Source: the human T2T-CHM13v2.0 reference genome, Homo sapiens. Taken from it: a DNA stretch of 64,000 nucleotides. The stretch is from assembly GCF_009914755.1 (NCBI RefSeq), contig NC_060935.1, one strand, 5' to 3'. Shown one piece after another: positions 13,440 through 29,959 of the stretch. Both the position numbers and the translations under genes were made by a program. Every line of letters begins with the position of its first letter. Position 1 is the first letter of the stretch. Under the pieces are notes generated by a model. The model saw only the letters and a list, made by a program, of their open reading frames with translations. It did no database searches and was not told the origin of the DNA.

Positions 13440-13691
13440 CATTTACTCATTCATTCAGCCCCTATGTGTCAAGCATTTATTCTGTGCCAGGCTCTACACT
13501 AAATGTTTTACATGTATTATCTTACTGAATCTTCCTAATAAATTCAGGAAGTAGGTATTATGATAATTTTAACTTTTATGAAATATGAAATTAAATTGAG
13601 TGAGTTTAAGTAATCTGCTTATGATCACAGTTGGAAAGTGGCAGATCCAAGGCTAAAACTGAGATCATATTTTTTCAAAAAGCATACTCTT
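13440..13691 (-). mobile_element. MIR, interrupted by the L1 insertion and continuing at 19986-20010
   Basis: MIR motifs GTAGGTATTATG...TTTAAGTAATCTGC...ATCACAG...AAGTGGCAGATCCAAGG; continuation CTCTTAATCACCATGCTATGCT lies beyond the L1. Confidence 0.75.
13675..13691. repeat. Left target-site duplication of the L1 plus transduction
   Basis: TCAAAAAGCATACTCTT, identical to 19969-19985. Confidence 0.95.
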
Positions 13692-13922
13692 TTTTTTTTT
13701 TAATAGGACCTGGGAGGTTTCATTTTACTTAATATAGTAACATAAAAGTCATCACATTATAAACTTAGTGAACATAGTATCTGACAAACAGTAGAGATAT
13801 GATACATGTTAAATATACAACTAAGAAATAATAGGAAGTAGTGGTGATGAAAGGCAAGAGCCACATTAATAAATTCCAAAAATATTTATTTAAAATTTTA
13901 TATGACTGAGAAATGGTTTATG
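13692..13922 (-). other. L1 3'-transduced segment with second poly(A) tail
   Basis: 221 bp of non-L1 sequence (13702-13922) between the L1 (TAAA)n tail and a T12 tract abutting the TSD; AGTAAA signal on the minus strand at 13724-13729. Confidence 0.9.
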
Positions 13923-13924
13923 TT

Positions 13925-13955
<31 letters not shown>

Positions 13956-14161
13956 TTATTATACTTTAAGTTTTAGGGTACATGTGCACATTGTGCAGGT
14001 TAGTTACATACGTATACATGTGCCATGCTGGTGTGCTGCACCCACTAACTCGTCATCTAGCATTAGGTATATCTCCCAATGCTATCCCTCCCCCTCCCCC
14101 CACCCCACAACAGTCCCCAGAGTGTGATGTTCCCCTTCCTGTGTCCATGTGATCTCATTGT

Positions 14162-17981
<3,820 letters not shown>

Positions 17982-18044
17982 TATGATGTTAGCTGGTTCT
18001 TTTGCTGGTTAGTTGATGCAGTTTCTTCCTAGTCTCAATGGTCT

Positions 18045-19061
18045 TTACAGTTTGGCATGATTTTGCAGCGGCTGGTACAAGTTTTTCCTTTCCATGTTTA
18101 GCGCTTTCTTCAGGAGCTCTTTTAGGGCAGGCCTGGTGGTGACAAAATCTCTCAGCATTTGCTTGTCTGTAAAGTATTTTATTTCTCCTTCACTTATGAA
18201 ACTTAGTTTGGCTGGATATGAAATTCTGGGTTGAAAATTCTTTTCTTTAAGAATGTTGAATATTGGCCCCCACTCTCTTCTGGCTTGTAGGGTTTCTGCC
18301 GAGAGATCCGCTGTTAGTCTGATGGGCTTCCCTTTGAGGGTAACCCGACCTTTCTCTCTGGCTGCCCTTAACATTTTTTCCTTCATTTCAACTTTGGTGA
18401 ATCTGACAATTATGTGTCTTGGAGTTGCTCTTCTCGAGGAGTATCTTTGTGTCGTTCTCTGTATTTCCTGAATCTGAACGTTGGCCTGCCTTGCTAGATT
18501 GGGGAAATTCTCCTGGATAATATTCTGCAGAGTGTTTTCCAACTTGGTTCCATTCTCCCCATCACTTTCAGGTACACCAATCAGACGTAGATTTGGTCTT
18601 TTCACATAGTCCCATATTTCTTGGAGGCTTTGCTCGTGTCTTTTTATTCTTTTTTCTCTAAACTTTCCTTCTCACTTCATTTCATTCATTTCATCTTCCA
18701 TTGCTGATACCCTTTCTTCCAGTTGATCGCATCGGCTCCTGAGGCTTCTGCATTCTTCATGTAGTTCTCGAGCCTTGGTTTTCAGCTCCATCAGCTCCTT
18801 TAAGCACTTCTCTGTATTGGTTATTCTAGTTATACATTCTTCTAAATTTTTTTCAAAGTTTTCAACTTCTTTGCCTTTGGTTTGAATGTCCTCCCGTAGC
18901 TCGGAGTAATTTGATCGTCTGAAGCCTTCTTCTCTCAGCTCGTCAAAGTCATTCTCCGTCCAGCTTTGTTCCGTTGCTGGTGAGGAGCTGCGTTCCTTTG
19001 GAGGAGGAGAGGCGCTCTGATTTTTAGAGTTTCCAGTTTTTCTGTTCTGTTTTTTCCCCAT
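18045..19061 (-). pseudogene. L1 ORF1 (RNA-binding chaperone), nonsense at codon 130
   Basis: MGKKQNRKTGNSK...EMNEMK then TGA at 18672-18674 (consensus CGA); C-terminal half RPNLRLIGVPE...YPAKLS resumes in frame. Confidence 0.97.
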
Positions 19062-19965
19062 CTTTGTGGTTTTATCTACTTTTGGTCTTTGATGATGGTG
19101 ATGTACAGATGGGTTTTTGGTGTGGATGTCCTTTCTGTTTGTTAGTTTTCCTTCTAACAGACAGGACCCTCAGCTGCAGGTCTGTTGGAGTACCCTGCAG
19201 TGTGAGGTGTCAGTGTGCCCCTGCTGGAGGGTGCCTCCCAGTTAGGCTGCTCGGGGGTCAGGGGGTCAGGGACCCACTTGAGGAGGCAGTCTGCCCGTTC
19301 TCAGATCTCCAGCTGTGTACTGGGAGAACCACTGCTCTCTTCAAAGCTGTCAGATAGGGACATCTAAGTCTGCAGAGGTTACTGCTGTCTTTTTGTTTGT
19401 CTCTGCCCTGCCCCCAGAGGTGGAGCCTACAGAGGCAGGCAGGCCTCCTTGAGCTGTGGTGGGCTCCACCCAGCTCCAGGTTCCTGGCTGCTTTGTTTAA
19501 CTAAGCAAGCCTGGGCAATGGTGGGCGCCCCTCCCCCAGCCTCGCTGCCGCCTTGCAGTTTGATCTCAGACTGGTGTGCTAGCAATCAGCGAGACTCCGT
19601 AGGGTAGGAGCCTCCGAGCCAGGTGTGGGATATAATCTCGTGGTGCGCCGTTTTTTAAGCCCATCGGAAAAGCGCAGTATTCGGGTGGGAGTGACCCGAT
19701 TTTCCAGGTGCCTTCAGTCACCCCTTTCTTTGATTAGGAAAGGGAACTCCCTGACCCCTTGCGCTTCCCGAGAGAGGCAATGGCTCCCCCTGCTTTGGCT
19801 CGCGCAGGGTGCGCGCACCCACTGACCTGCGCCCACTCTCTGGCACTCCCTAGTGAGATGAACCCGGTACCTCAGATGGAAATGCAGAAATCACCCGTCT
19901 TCTGCGTCGCTCACGCTGGGAGCTGTAGACCGGAGCTGTTCCCATTCGGCCATCCTGGCTCCTCC
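19062..19965 (-). promoter_or_regulatory. L1 5'UTR internal sense promoter and antisense promoter, CpG-rich
   Basis: Matches the L1PA 5'UTR; the most extended CpG-rich segment of the window; activity not observable from sequence. Confidence 0.8.
19518..19607 (+). pseudogene. L1 antisense ORF0, truncated
   Basis: ATG at 19518 gives MVGAPPPASLPPCSLISDWCASNQRDSVG*; the remainder (GYNLVVRRFLSPSEKR...) is in another frame. Confidence 0.75.
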
Positions 19966-19968
19966 GAG

Positions 19969-19985
19969 TCAAAAAGCATACTCTT
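19969..19985. repeat. Right target-site duplication
   Basis: TCAAAAAGCATACTCTT; the minus-strand junction reads TT/AAGA, an L1 endonuclease-type site. Confidence 0.95.
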
Positions 19986-21576
19986 AATCACCATGCTATG
20001 CTACCCCAAGGCAAAGGCATTTTAGGAAAAATAAGGTGAGAGGGAGAGCTAAATATTATTTAAAGATTTAACCTTGCATAACCAGGTTGATATGGGTTAC
20101 TGAACTGAATTTATATCACCCAAGACAAATGTTTAACTTAGTGCATTTCTCAAGATATGATCAAGTCAACCATTACATTTATACTCTATCTATATCATAC
20201 ACTAAATACCTGAGTAAAAATTGTTTAAAGATACAACCTAGTTGCTTTTATTGGATCTTGGCTTTTTTGTTTGTTTGTTTGTTGTATTAGTTCATAGGTA
20301 AATATGAACAAAAGCCCATTGAGACTTTGGACATGGAATTAGCAGTATAAACTCACTTTTAATCCTAATCTAAAAATGCATCCTAATGCCGCAGAGAGTA
20401 ACAGTACTTTGATGACAATTTCAAGCAGCATAAAAACTAGAAATACGTTTCATTTTTAACTTTCCTCCTTTGGAAATTGTACATTAATGACTTGATATTT
20501 CTTGATTAAATAGACATATACCTTTCTGCCACTGAGAATATAATGATAAATATTTTTCTCTTTGATAAAGGCATGATTATGCAGTGGCATACTAAGGCCT
20601 GCCAGATAAGGCATTGATCACATACTCTATTTTCTGTAATAACATCACAAGTTTCTGAAACCAAAATAATTTTTCATGGCAGAAGTCTCCCACTGTTTTC
20701 TTGACTCACCTTCGACCATTTTATTCATCAGGTCAAATCTTGCAGCTATCAATGAAGTATATTTTGCAATTAATTTACCTCAGTGAGATCACCAGGAAGT
20801 TGCCCTGTGATGAGTTCTTTATGGCTCTGGTGAGTGATTACTAATATCTGCTTTAAAAATTTTCCAGTGATTCTTAATAGAGTAGAACATTGAGCCTTGG
20901 CTACCCATTTATTTCCATGTTATAGTAGAGCCAAATCTGTTTCCTAAGCAAAATGTGGACCTAAGCCCCAATGGATTCCTTTGAGCAACCTCTGTTCAGA
21001 ATCACTGTGGCCAACTTGTCAGCCAAATGTGCCAGGTAAGTGCCTTCATTTTCCTTATTATGGGTAAACCTTACCCTGTTTTAGAATGATTGGAAATCTA
21101 TAGACTTGCTCTTAATTGGAAACATAGATTATCTGCACTATAGGCTTTTACTGGAAAGTGTGACCTCAAACTGTTGCCATTCATTTGTTAGAGAAAGTCC
21201 AATCAAAGTAGTTAACATCCATAGAAGATTATCTGAAAGACGTGTAATCTATATTACTCTGAATATTCTAAAAGACCAAACAGCATGTTTTAGCATCTCG
21301 TTGAATTATTTTTACTACACTGCCACTGGTTGTGATGGCAACAGCCTTCACTGTAGAACATTATAGTAGATACATCCTGTATCAAAGGGATGTTATTGAG
21401 GACATTGTTGGTTAGAGCAGTTTGGGAAAGTAAGGAAAGATGTGCTAGGAAGCCCAGAATGAACTTGTGAGTCAGGTACAGACACTGATGCAGATCTCAC
21501 CATATACACATTGTATGCTGACATTTTCTCTACTTTTCTACTTTCATTATCTTACCACCCCCCGATTTCGTCAACA

Positions 21577-21723
21577 TTTATTTATTTATTTATTTATTTG
21601 TGTTAGAGATGGGGTCTCTCTATGTTGCCCAGGCAGGACTTGAACTACTCCTGGCCTGAAGTGATCCTTCCTCCTCAGGCTCTCAAGTAGCTAGAGCTAT
21701 AGGCATGTGTCACTTCTCCTGGC
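21577..21723 (-). mobile_element. Free left Alu monomer (FLAM-like)
   Basis: (TTTA)n tail then AGAGATGGGGTCTCTCTATGTTGCCCAGGC...; single arm; loose TSD TCAACATTT/TCAACCTTT. Confidence 0.85.
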
Positions 21724-21734
21724 TCTCAACCTTT

Positions 21735-22270
21735 CCTTTTTTATTGTATATTTTACATAATTGCAAATTTTTATTAAATAACCATACACACTAAAAAGGG
21801 TATGCCTTGATGACTTTTCACTAAGTGTTAACACCTGTGTTTCCACCACTTAGATGAAAAAATACATTTCCAGCACCAGAAATCATCACTTGTGCCTTCT
21901 CCAAAGCCCAATCCCACTTTCCTAGTTTTGCCACATTTTGACTCTATATAAATAAAATCATAATATATACTATTTTGGGTCTACTGTGTTCCCCTTCAAT
22001 AATACATGTTTGTGAGAGTCATCTATTTTCCGTAATAATGCCACAAGTTTCTAAAATCAAAATAATTTTTCAAAGTATTATACCTTTATATAGCTGTAGT
22101 ACGAATATTTTCATTGATCTACAGTATTCCACCATCAAAATACACCACAGTTTATTTAATAATTATTTAATCAGTCTATGGTTGATTGATATTTTGGATA
22201 TGTCCAGTTTGGAATATTAAAATAATACCTCTACAGATACTCTTACATGTGTCTTTCTGTGGGACATACA
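21735..22270 (-). mobile_element. Ancient L1M (L1ME-like) 3' region
   Basis: Degenerate motifs AGTATTCCACCAT...ATACACCACAGTTTATTTA...GATATTTTGGATATGTCCAGTTTGG. Confidence 0.6.
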
Positions 22271-22282
22271 TATATATAGTTG

Positions 22283-22324
22283 AGAGATAGATAGATAGAT
22301 AGGTAATAGACAGACAGATAGATA
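22283..22324. repeat. (GATA)n/(GACA)n imperfect microsatellite
   Basis: Direct reading. Confidence 0.85.
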
Positions 22325-22494
22325 TTCTGTCTAGAAAATAAAGCCTGCTTAAATATATTTTTTTGAAAAAATGAAGAAGGAAGTGGATATAAATGAAAAC
22401 CTACAAAATATATTGTGGAAAGAGCATGAACTTCTAAGTCAAGTATCTAAACTGTTTTAAGTAGAAAAGTAAGATTATCAGAAGTAAATTTTCA

Positions 22495-22915
22495 TTTGGT
22501 CAAAGGGTACAAAGTTTCAGTTAAGCAGGATAAATAAATTTTGGAGATCAAATGTACAGCAGAGTGACTATGGTTAATAATATTGTATTGTATAGTTGAA
22601 ATTTGCCAAGCAAATAGATTTTAAGTGTTCGCGCCACACACAAAAAAGGTAGCTAAGTGAGATGATGAAAATGTTAATTAGCTTGATTTGTGGTAATCAT
22701 TTTATAATGCATATGTACATCAAAACATTATGTGGTACACCTTAAATATATATAATTTTATGTGTAAATTATACCTCAATAAAGCTGGGAAAAGTTAAAA
22801 GAAGGAAAGAAAAAGAGAAAGAGTAAAGGAAATAAAAAAAGGAAATAAAAAAAGAATAGTAAAGAAAATAAGAAAAGGAAGAAAAGGAAAAGAAAGAAGA
22901 AAACAAAAGAAAAGA
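22495..22915 (+). mobile_element. L1MA-type 3' end with GA-rich degenerate tail
   Basis: GGTCAAAGGGTACAAAGTTTCAGTTA...ATACCTCAATAAAGCTGG; tail about 22790-22915; TSD AAATTTTCA at 22486-22494 and 22916-22924. Confidence 0.85.
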
Positions 22916-23342
22916 AAATTTTCAGCAATAAAGTGAAGATAATGAGTTACAATGGAATAAGCAAAATGAATTAGTTGACAACAGGAATGATCCCACTGTA
23001 AGCTGTTGAGTACTTCTGCCGGGAGGAGTAAGAGGGAAAGACCGAGGAAGAAATATGCAAGGAGATAGACTCTATGAGATTAGCGATGGATTGGATGAAG
23101 GAGAAGTGATTGGCAGATGAGAGGATGAGGGAGAAGGAGGCAATCATAATGACTTGAACATTTGGTGAATGGTAGTCTGTACAGAGAGGGGGAATCCTGG
23201 AAGAAGAGAAAACCAGCTAAAAGAAGGCAAAGGTAATGAAATTATAAATTCATCTTTGGATATCTTGAGTGTGAGAAAACTTTCTAAAAGAGGATGGATG
23301 AATCTGAGGTAAAAGAATAAGTATGAACTACATGCTTAACTT

Positions 23343-23644
23343 GCCAGGTGCAATGGCTCATGCCTGTAATCTCAGCACTTTGGAAGACCAAGGTGGGAGG
23401 CTTGCTTGAAGGCAGGAGTTCGAGACCAGCCTGGGCAACAAAGTGAGACCAAATCTCTACAAAAACAACAACAAAATATATATAGCCGGGTGCAGTGGCA
23501 GGTTCTATGCTGAAGTGGGAGGATTGCTTGAGCTCAAGTTTGAGGTTGTATTGACCTATGATCACACAACTGTACTCCAACCTGGGTGACAGAGTGAGAC
23601 CCTGATTCAAAAAAAAAAAAAAAAAGAAAGAAAGAAAAAAAAAA
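23343..23644 (+). mobile_element. AluJ, diverged
   Basis: AluJ-type GGGAGGATTGCTTGAGC and GTGAGACCCTG, A-tail. Confidence 0.9.
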
Positions 23645-26096
23645 GCTAGACCAGTCAACCAGATGAATAATGAATAGCAAATTTTCATCTCATTTTCTGA
23701 ATAGAAGAGGCTATGTGTGTGTGTGTGTGTGTATACATGTGTGTTTGTGATGCAAGAGGAGACATCAACAGACCTAAGTGGGGTGGAGGTTGCGTATGGA
23801 GTTAAAGCGGAAGATACTTTATTTGTATTCACATTGTGTTTAAGGTTTCAAAAGCTCTAAAGATTTTGTTCCATTCTTCCCTATAATTTCCCTTCCCACT
23901 GCCACCATTCTTGTTCAGAACCTCAGAATCATAAAACTATATTCCTCGAAAGGGCCCTTAGAAGTTATTTCTTCCAATCTCTTCAATTTTATAATAAAAA
24001 ATTGGGACTAAAAGAGGATAAGGGATGTGTCCAAAGTGCAGAATTAGATAGATGGGAATCTGAGAACTGTACCCTGGTCTCATTTCTCTTGGCCTGTCTC
24101 CCTTAGATAGCAAAATTGACTTCTCAAGTGGTCCCACCATGTCCAATTTCTTGTGTTTTTCAATCCATGTTATCCAAAGCCACTTAACTTTGACGAAGTC
24201 AGTCTGTTTAAAAGGCTTTGCATCCTTTCTCAGTGCCTAAAAAATAAAAGACCATATTCCTTAGGCTAGTATTTAAGGCCCAAATGCAAAATAACTTGAT
24301 CCTTCATTCCGATAATTAAATCAAGCAGAATTAAATCAAGCCATTTCACAAATGCATGCAGGAATTGATAAGGTCAGTCCTTCGTCTTTATCTGGCCAAA
24401 CCTCTCTTACCTTCTAAAGCCTTCTCTACATACCAATTACCCTATGAATAATTTCCTTATCCTTCTAAATTATGCTTCTTTCTGAGCCTGTTTCTTCATC
24501 AGTGAAATTGGGATAGTCATACCAAACACACAGAATTGTGCTAAGGACTACATTCTGTATACAAAACTTCTGGCTTAGAGCTTGTCATATAGTGGGCTCT
24601 CAATACATCTTCAAACTCCTTTTTTTAACCCTCATAGTCCTGTGTGGTTTCTTTGTTGCACCCTTGTATTTTATACTTTCTGAAGTTACATGTGTGCTTG
24701 ACTTAATCCCCCTGTTTATCCAGTAAATATTTCAGGGATAATAAAATTTTAAGGACTAAGACCATACTGTATTCTTCTTTGTATAGTATCATCAGGCCCT
24801 AATACTCTGTCATTATCTGCGTGCTTAATAAATACTTGAATTCTTAACTTGAATTGAGTAACTCCCCAGCACAGGATGTCTTCTCAGCTTCCAGTCCCGA
24901 GCCATTGAGACTTGCTGGTGAATCTGTTACACAGGGGACGAGTCTGAGCCCAGAAAATAAGCAGTCCCCCACACTGCCCTGTTAGCTTTCTATCTGCCCC
25001 TAGGCAGTACTTTATCTTTTTCATCACAGTAGCCACTTAAACCCTTCAGCTTTCCACAAATGTCTTGCTTCTCTACCTTCCACCTCACTCTATCCATGAC
25101 CTATGCCCTTCTATTTCACGACAAAATTAGGAACTCTATTTCCTGCAACCTCATCCATCAGTTTATTCATATTACCCTCAAATTACTTCTCCTCACTCCA
25201 TCTTACTTCCATTATTGTTCTCCCAAATGGACTAGTTTTTGCTCCTCCTATGTAATACTGATTTCTTCAATTCTGTTCTTGATGTCTATGCTTTTCCATT
25301 TGCTCAGACATACTAAATACTTCCTTTTCTTCCTCATCTCTACTGGCTCCTTTCTATCAAGATTTGAACAAACTTAATTGTCTCCAACCTTAAAAAAGTA
25401 AATTATCCCTTGATGCAGGAACATTCTAAGATACCATAACATTTATGCTGTTTCCCATCCTGAGTCACCTACACATATTACTCCTTTTGTTTCATGTGCC
25501 CCGCAACCTATCTTTGAAGTCTACCTTTTGCCACTACCACTCAAATAAAAATATTCTGGCAGAGGATGCCAGTGGACTCTTGACTGCCAGATCTGATGGA
25601 TCCTCTCTACCCATGGAAGACACATAATTGCCTTAACACTCTACTGCCACTGCTGTGGCTTCCTCCTCCTTGGCCTGTCCCTTAATGTTGGTGTTCCTTA
25701 GATCTTCAGTTCTCTTTCCTTTCTCTCTGGGCTCTCCTAAGTGATCCTATCATCTCCTGTGACTCCATAGACTTACTGTATAATGATGACTCTAAGAGCT
25801 ATAAATTTAGACCTGATCACTCTTGACGTCCAAACCTCCATCTCCATTTTCACCCATCCACAGCACGTCACACTCCCAGCCTGTCTAATAGTGAAACCCA
25901 TGTCTTCCTCTTTCCTCCTTACAGCTCCTTCTTCTCTCTCAGTGTCCAGATCAGGGTCCTTTTCCTCACTCTCCTACTCATCACACAGAATATGTCAATT
26001 CTTCTTGTTACTAAACTCCAGCCTGTGCACTTCTCCCCATCCCCATAGTCACAAACTTATTTCAAGGCTTTAGTTCTTTGTATTTGTATTACTGTA

Positions 26097-26501
26097 TGTG
26101 TTAGCTTGCTAACGGTGCTGTAAAAAAATACCAGAGACTGGGTGGCTTAAACAATGGAAATGCATCTTTTTTCACAGTTTTGGAGACTGGAAGTCCAAGA
26201 CCAAGGTGTCAGCGAGGTTTGGTTTCTTCTGAGGTTTCCCTCTTTGGCTTGCAAATGGCTGCCATCGTGCCACATCCTCACCTGGTCTTTCTTCCATGCA
26301 CGCACAGTCCTGATGTCTCCTCTTGTGTCCTAGTTTCCTCTTCTTATATACGTCAGATTAGGTTGGGGCTCACCCTAACAGCCTCATTTCAACCCCTTTA
26401 AAGACTCTACCTTCTAATATAGTCATATTCTGAGGTATTGTAGGCTAGGACTTCAACATATCAATCTGACAGGGAACAGAGGCACAATTCAGTCTGTAGC
26501 A
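26097..26501 (-). mobile_element. MaLR solo LTR (MLT1A-like)
   Basis: TG...CA; ACTGGGTGGCTTAAACAA, GGAAGTCCAAGACCAAGGTGTCAGC, GGACTTCAACATAT; TSD CTGTA/CTGTG. Confidence 0.88.
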
Positions 26502-26513
26502 CTGTGATAGCTT

Positions 26514-26672
26514 CCATACTGGTTTCCTAGGGCAGCCATAAAAAATAATCACAAACCTGGTGGCTTAGAACAACAGAAATTCATTGTGTCACAGTTCTGA
26601 ATGCTAGAAGTATAAAATCAAAGTGTTGGCTTGGCCGTGCTCTTTCTAAAGCCTCTAGGGGATGATCCTTCC
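26514..26672 (-). mobile_element. Partial MaLR LTR (MLT1B/C-like)
   Basis: CACAAACCTGGTGGCTTAGAACAACAGAAATTCATT...GCCTCTAGGGGATGATCCTTCC. Confidence 0.75.
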
Positions 26673-28186
26673 AACTTAAAATCTTTCAGTGGATCCACAA
26701 AAATGTTTTACTCTGGATGAATTATGGCATACAAACCCTCTGTAATCTTTACTCTGTCTACATCTTTATCTTTGTCTTTTGCTATCACTCTTCTTCTACT
26801 CCCTGTCTTCATTATGGCACTAAAAACACCTCCTCAACAGTGTTCTATCACAGTTGCTGCCTTCTCTCTGCCTAGGTAGCTCAGCTAATCTTTCAGCTTA
26901 AATTCAATCCTTACCTCTTCTAGAAAGCCTTCCTTGACTACTTCTCTATTGTGGGGAAGTGACTCATACATTTTTCTGGCTTTTCTGGTCTTAGCCCTTC
27001 ATAGAATTAACCATTACATATTACAATAATCTGTTTATTTGTCTGATCATCTGTTAGACTGTCAAGACTTTGAAAGTAGAAATTGGGTCTTGTTACCAAT
27101 ATAGGTACTTGGCACATACCAGGGATTCAAGGAAAGCTTACTGGATGAATAAGTGGTGAAGAAAACACTGTTATCCATAGTTGTAATTAGGAAAATTTAT
27201 TTGATAGAAAATAATTTAAAATGAAACAGACAACAAATAATATATGGAATTTGTTGTGGTTAAACCCCATTACAAAATGCTGTTATACCAAAGGAATGTT
27301 GATAAATATTTCATTGGGGATTCTTACATACCTTAAAAATCCATTCTGGGAGGGAATGATTGTATTTTGAATGTAATCCAAAATGTTTCCAAATTATTTC
27401 CAAAATTATTTCAGGTTGAAAATCTGGGTGAAAGATTTGTGTTGGAAAATTTCAAAACAAATGTTACCTTTGCTTTTCAGGGACTTATTCTGTGCATTAC
27501 TTTTATTTAGTTTTCCTGCCTTCATAAAGTCTTATGTGAGTCTTATAATCAGGGAAAGTATTAATATTTCAAATCTTGGTTATTTGTAGAGTAAGAAAAG
27601 GCAGAGAAATTAAATGTAATGTCATTAGGTTCTCATTTTCCTTCTGCAGAACACATCCATCTCTAGGAAATATAATTGTTCTTCTTTACATTAGTTCTTT
27701 CCTTAACAGAAATTAATGACCCTGTAATCCAAAACTTTCCCTTTGACTTAGATGAGGACAACTCGAGGACTGTAGTGGCCCTCTGATTTTTAGTTAGTTG
27801 TGTAAAAAGGGAAAAGAATAGCATTTTAATAGATTAGCTCACATTTTAAAAGCTCTAAAGAACTGTACCCATCCTTTGTAAAGAAATGCAGCTTATTTTT
27901 ATGTATTAATTTAATAAGCACACAGCTTCCTAAATTTATAAATTCTAATGTTCCAATGGAAAATCTTTTTACTTATGTAAACATGTATATTTGTCACCAA
28001 TGACATGCTTTTTTATTTCCAAATATTAATATATCTATTTTTTAAATTATTGTTATTTGAATAGAGTGATGGTGGTTAAACTTGTTTGTATATTAATTTT
28101 AAAAGAAAGCTTATAACATTACGTTATTAAACATGAGGCTTGTTGAAAACATATTGAAGCTACCTTTCATCAAATAAAGAACACTG

Positions 28187-28488
28187 GAAACCATCATTCT
28201 CAGCAAACTATCACAAGGACAAAAAACGAAACGCCGCAAGTTCTCACTCATAGGTGGGAATTGAACAATGAGAACACATGGACACAGGAAGGGGAACATC
28301 ACACACTGGGGCCTGTCGTGGGGTGGGGTGATGGGGAAGGGATAGCATTAGGAGATAAACCTAATGCTAAATGACGAGTTAATGGGTGCAGCACACCAAC
28401 ATGGCACATGTATACATATGTAACAAACCTTCACGTTGTGCACATGTACCCTAAAACTTAAAGTATAATAATAATAAAATTAAAAAAA
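28187..28488 (+). mobile_element. 5'-truncated L1PA4/5-type element inserted into an older minus-strand L1M fragment (about 28110-28600)
   Basis: L1 3' end with tail; perfect 15-bp TSD AAATAAAGAACACTG at 28172-28186 and 28489-28503, whose CTG is microhomology with L1. Confidence 0.95.
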
Positions 28489-28844
28489 AAATAAAGAACA
28501 CTGCCTTCTATTCCTAGTTTGCTGTGTTTATCATAAATGAGCTTTGAATTTTTTCAAATGCTTTTACTTCATCTTTTGAAATGATCATGTTTTATCTTTT
28601 AAGTAAGGTGTAGGTTGAATCAGTTTATGTAGTAGAGTATATATTTTTAACCAGTTAATATAGTGCATTTTATATATTTTTTTCTCTTAAAGATGAGTGT
28701 GTTTTGTTTTTGGTTTCGTTGCCTGCTGATAAAAGTAACTTCAGCTCTTTTGATTTGTCTTTGCCTGGTACATCTTTTACTATCCTTTACATTTTAGCTT
28801 TTTCATGTCCTTCATTTTTACATGTTTTTCTTGTAGACAGACTA

Positions 28845-29301
28845 TTCAGTAGCTATTTGTTGAATGTCCCCTGGAAGCCATATTCTTGGTTAGGCACTAG
28901 GAATGCAATGAAGAAGAGACATTAGGTTCCTGATACTCTGGCATGTACATTGACATGAGAGAAATAAATACATAAGTACACAACAAGTAACTAAATGGTT
29001 ATGGATTGTGATCAGTACTATGAAATACAGAAACAAAGTGTTAGGATAAAGGATAATGAGTATAGACTATCTAAGATGGGGTGGTTAGGGAAGATGACCA
29101 AGAGGAGCCAATGTTTAAGCTAAAACCTGAAGGACAAAAAGTCAATCATGTGAAAAGGTAGGAAAATGAAACATAACCAGAGGGATAAGTGCACATAGAC
29201 ACCCTGTGCCATCATGAACTTGGCATGCCCTACGAACAAGCAGATCATCACCCCCCATTTGAACATTGTAAGTAAGGGATTGGTGGGTCCTAAGAGGATA
29301 T

Positions 29302-29339
<38 letters not shown>

Positions 29340-29950
29340 GAGAAGGGAGAAAAGACACAGAATATTTGAGTCATAATAAAGAATTTTTATTTAAGTACAA
29401 ACTCTTGAAGGTTTTTTTTTAACAATGTGTCATTTCCGACTCAGGTTTCTGAAAGTTCACAATAATTTCAATACAAAAATGGATTTAGTAGTGATGGAGA
29501 GATAGGGAAAGAAAACACAGAGACCAGATAGGATGCTAATTCAGTGGTGATGCTGGTGGCTTGGATCAAGTTGGAGATAGTGGGCATATTTGATATACAT
29601 TTTGGATGTAAAACCAATAGAATCTGCAGGTGTTTTGGATATGAGAATAAGAGACCATTCAGAAGCAGGCATGCTTCTCATGGTTCTGACTTTAATACTG
29701 GGTAGATTGTGGTAACTTTAATTGAAATGACGGTGTGTGTATGTGTGTGTGTGTGAGAGAGAGAGAGAATATTTGTCTTGGGGTGTATTCATGTGTAACT
29801 TCTGGGAAATGGTGGTGGAAATAAAGGGAACAATTTTTGACACATTATCATTGAGATGCCTTTGAGACATCCAACTGGAAATGTCAAGTTGACAGTCATA
29901 AGTCTACAACTTACAGAAAATGTATATACTGGAAGTATAAGTTTGGGAAT
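28845..29950 (-). mobile_element. L2 3' region containing (AG)n at 29302-29345 and (TG)n(AG)n at 29733-29768
   Basis: ATTCAGTAGCTATTTGTTGAATG...AGGCACTAGG; GAGATGCCTTTGAGACATCCAACTGGAAATGTCAAG. Confidence 0.7.
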
Positions 29951-29959
29951 TGTTATTAT

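Larger units (their letters stand above)
25280..27160 (+). mobile_element. L2 fragments interrupted by MaLR LTRs
   Basis: Pyrimidine-rich degenerate L2 ending in a TTGGCACATA...GGATGAATAAGTG-type 3' terminus. Confidence 0.6.
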
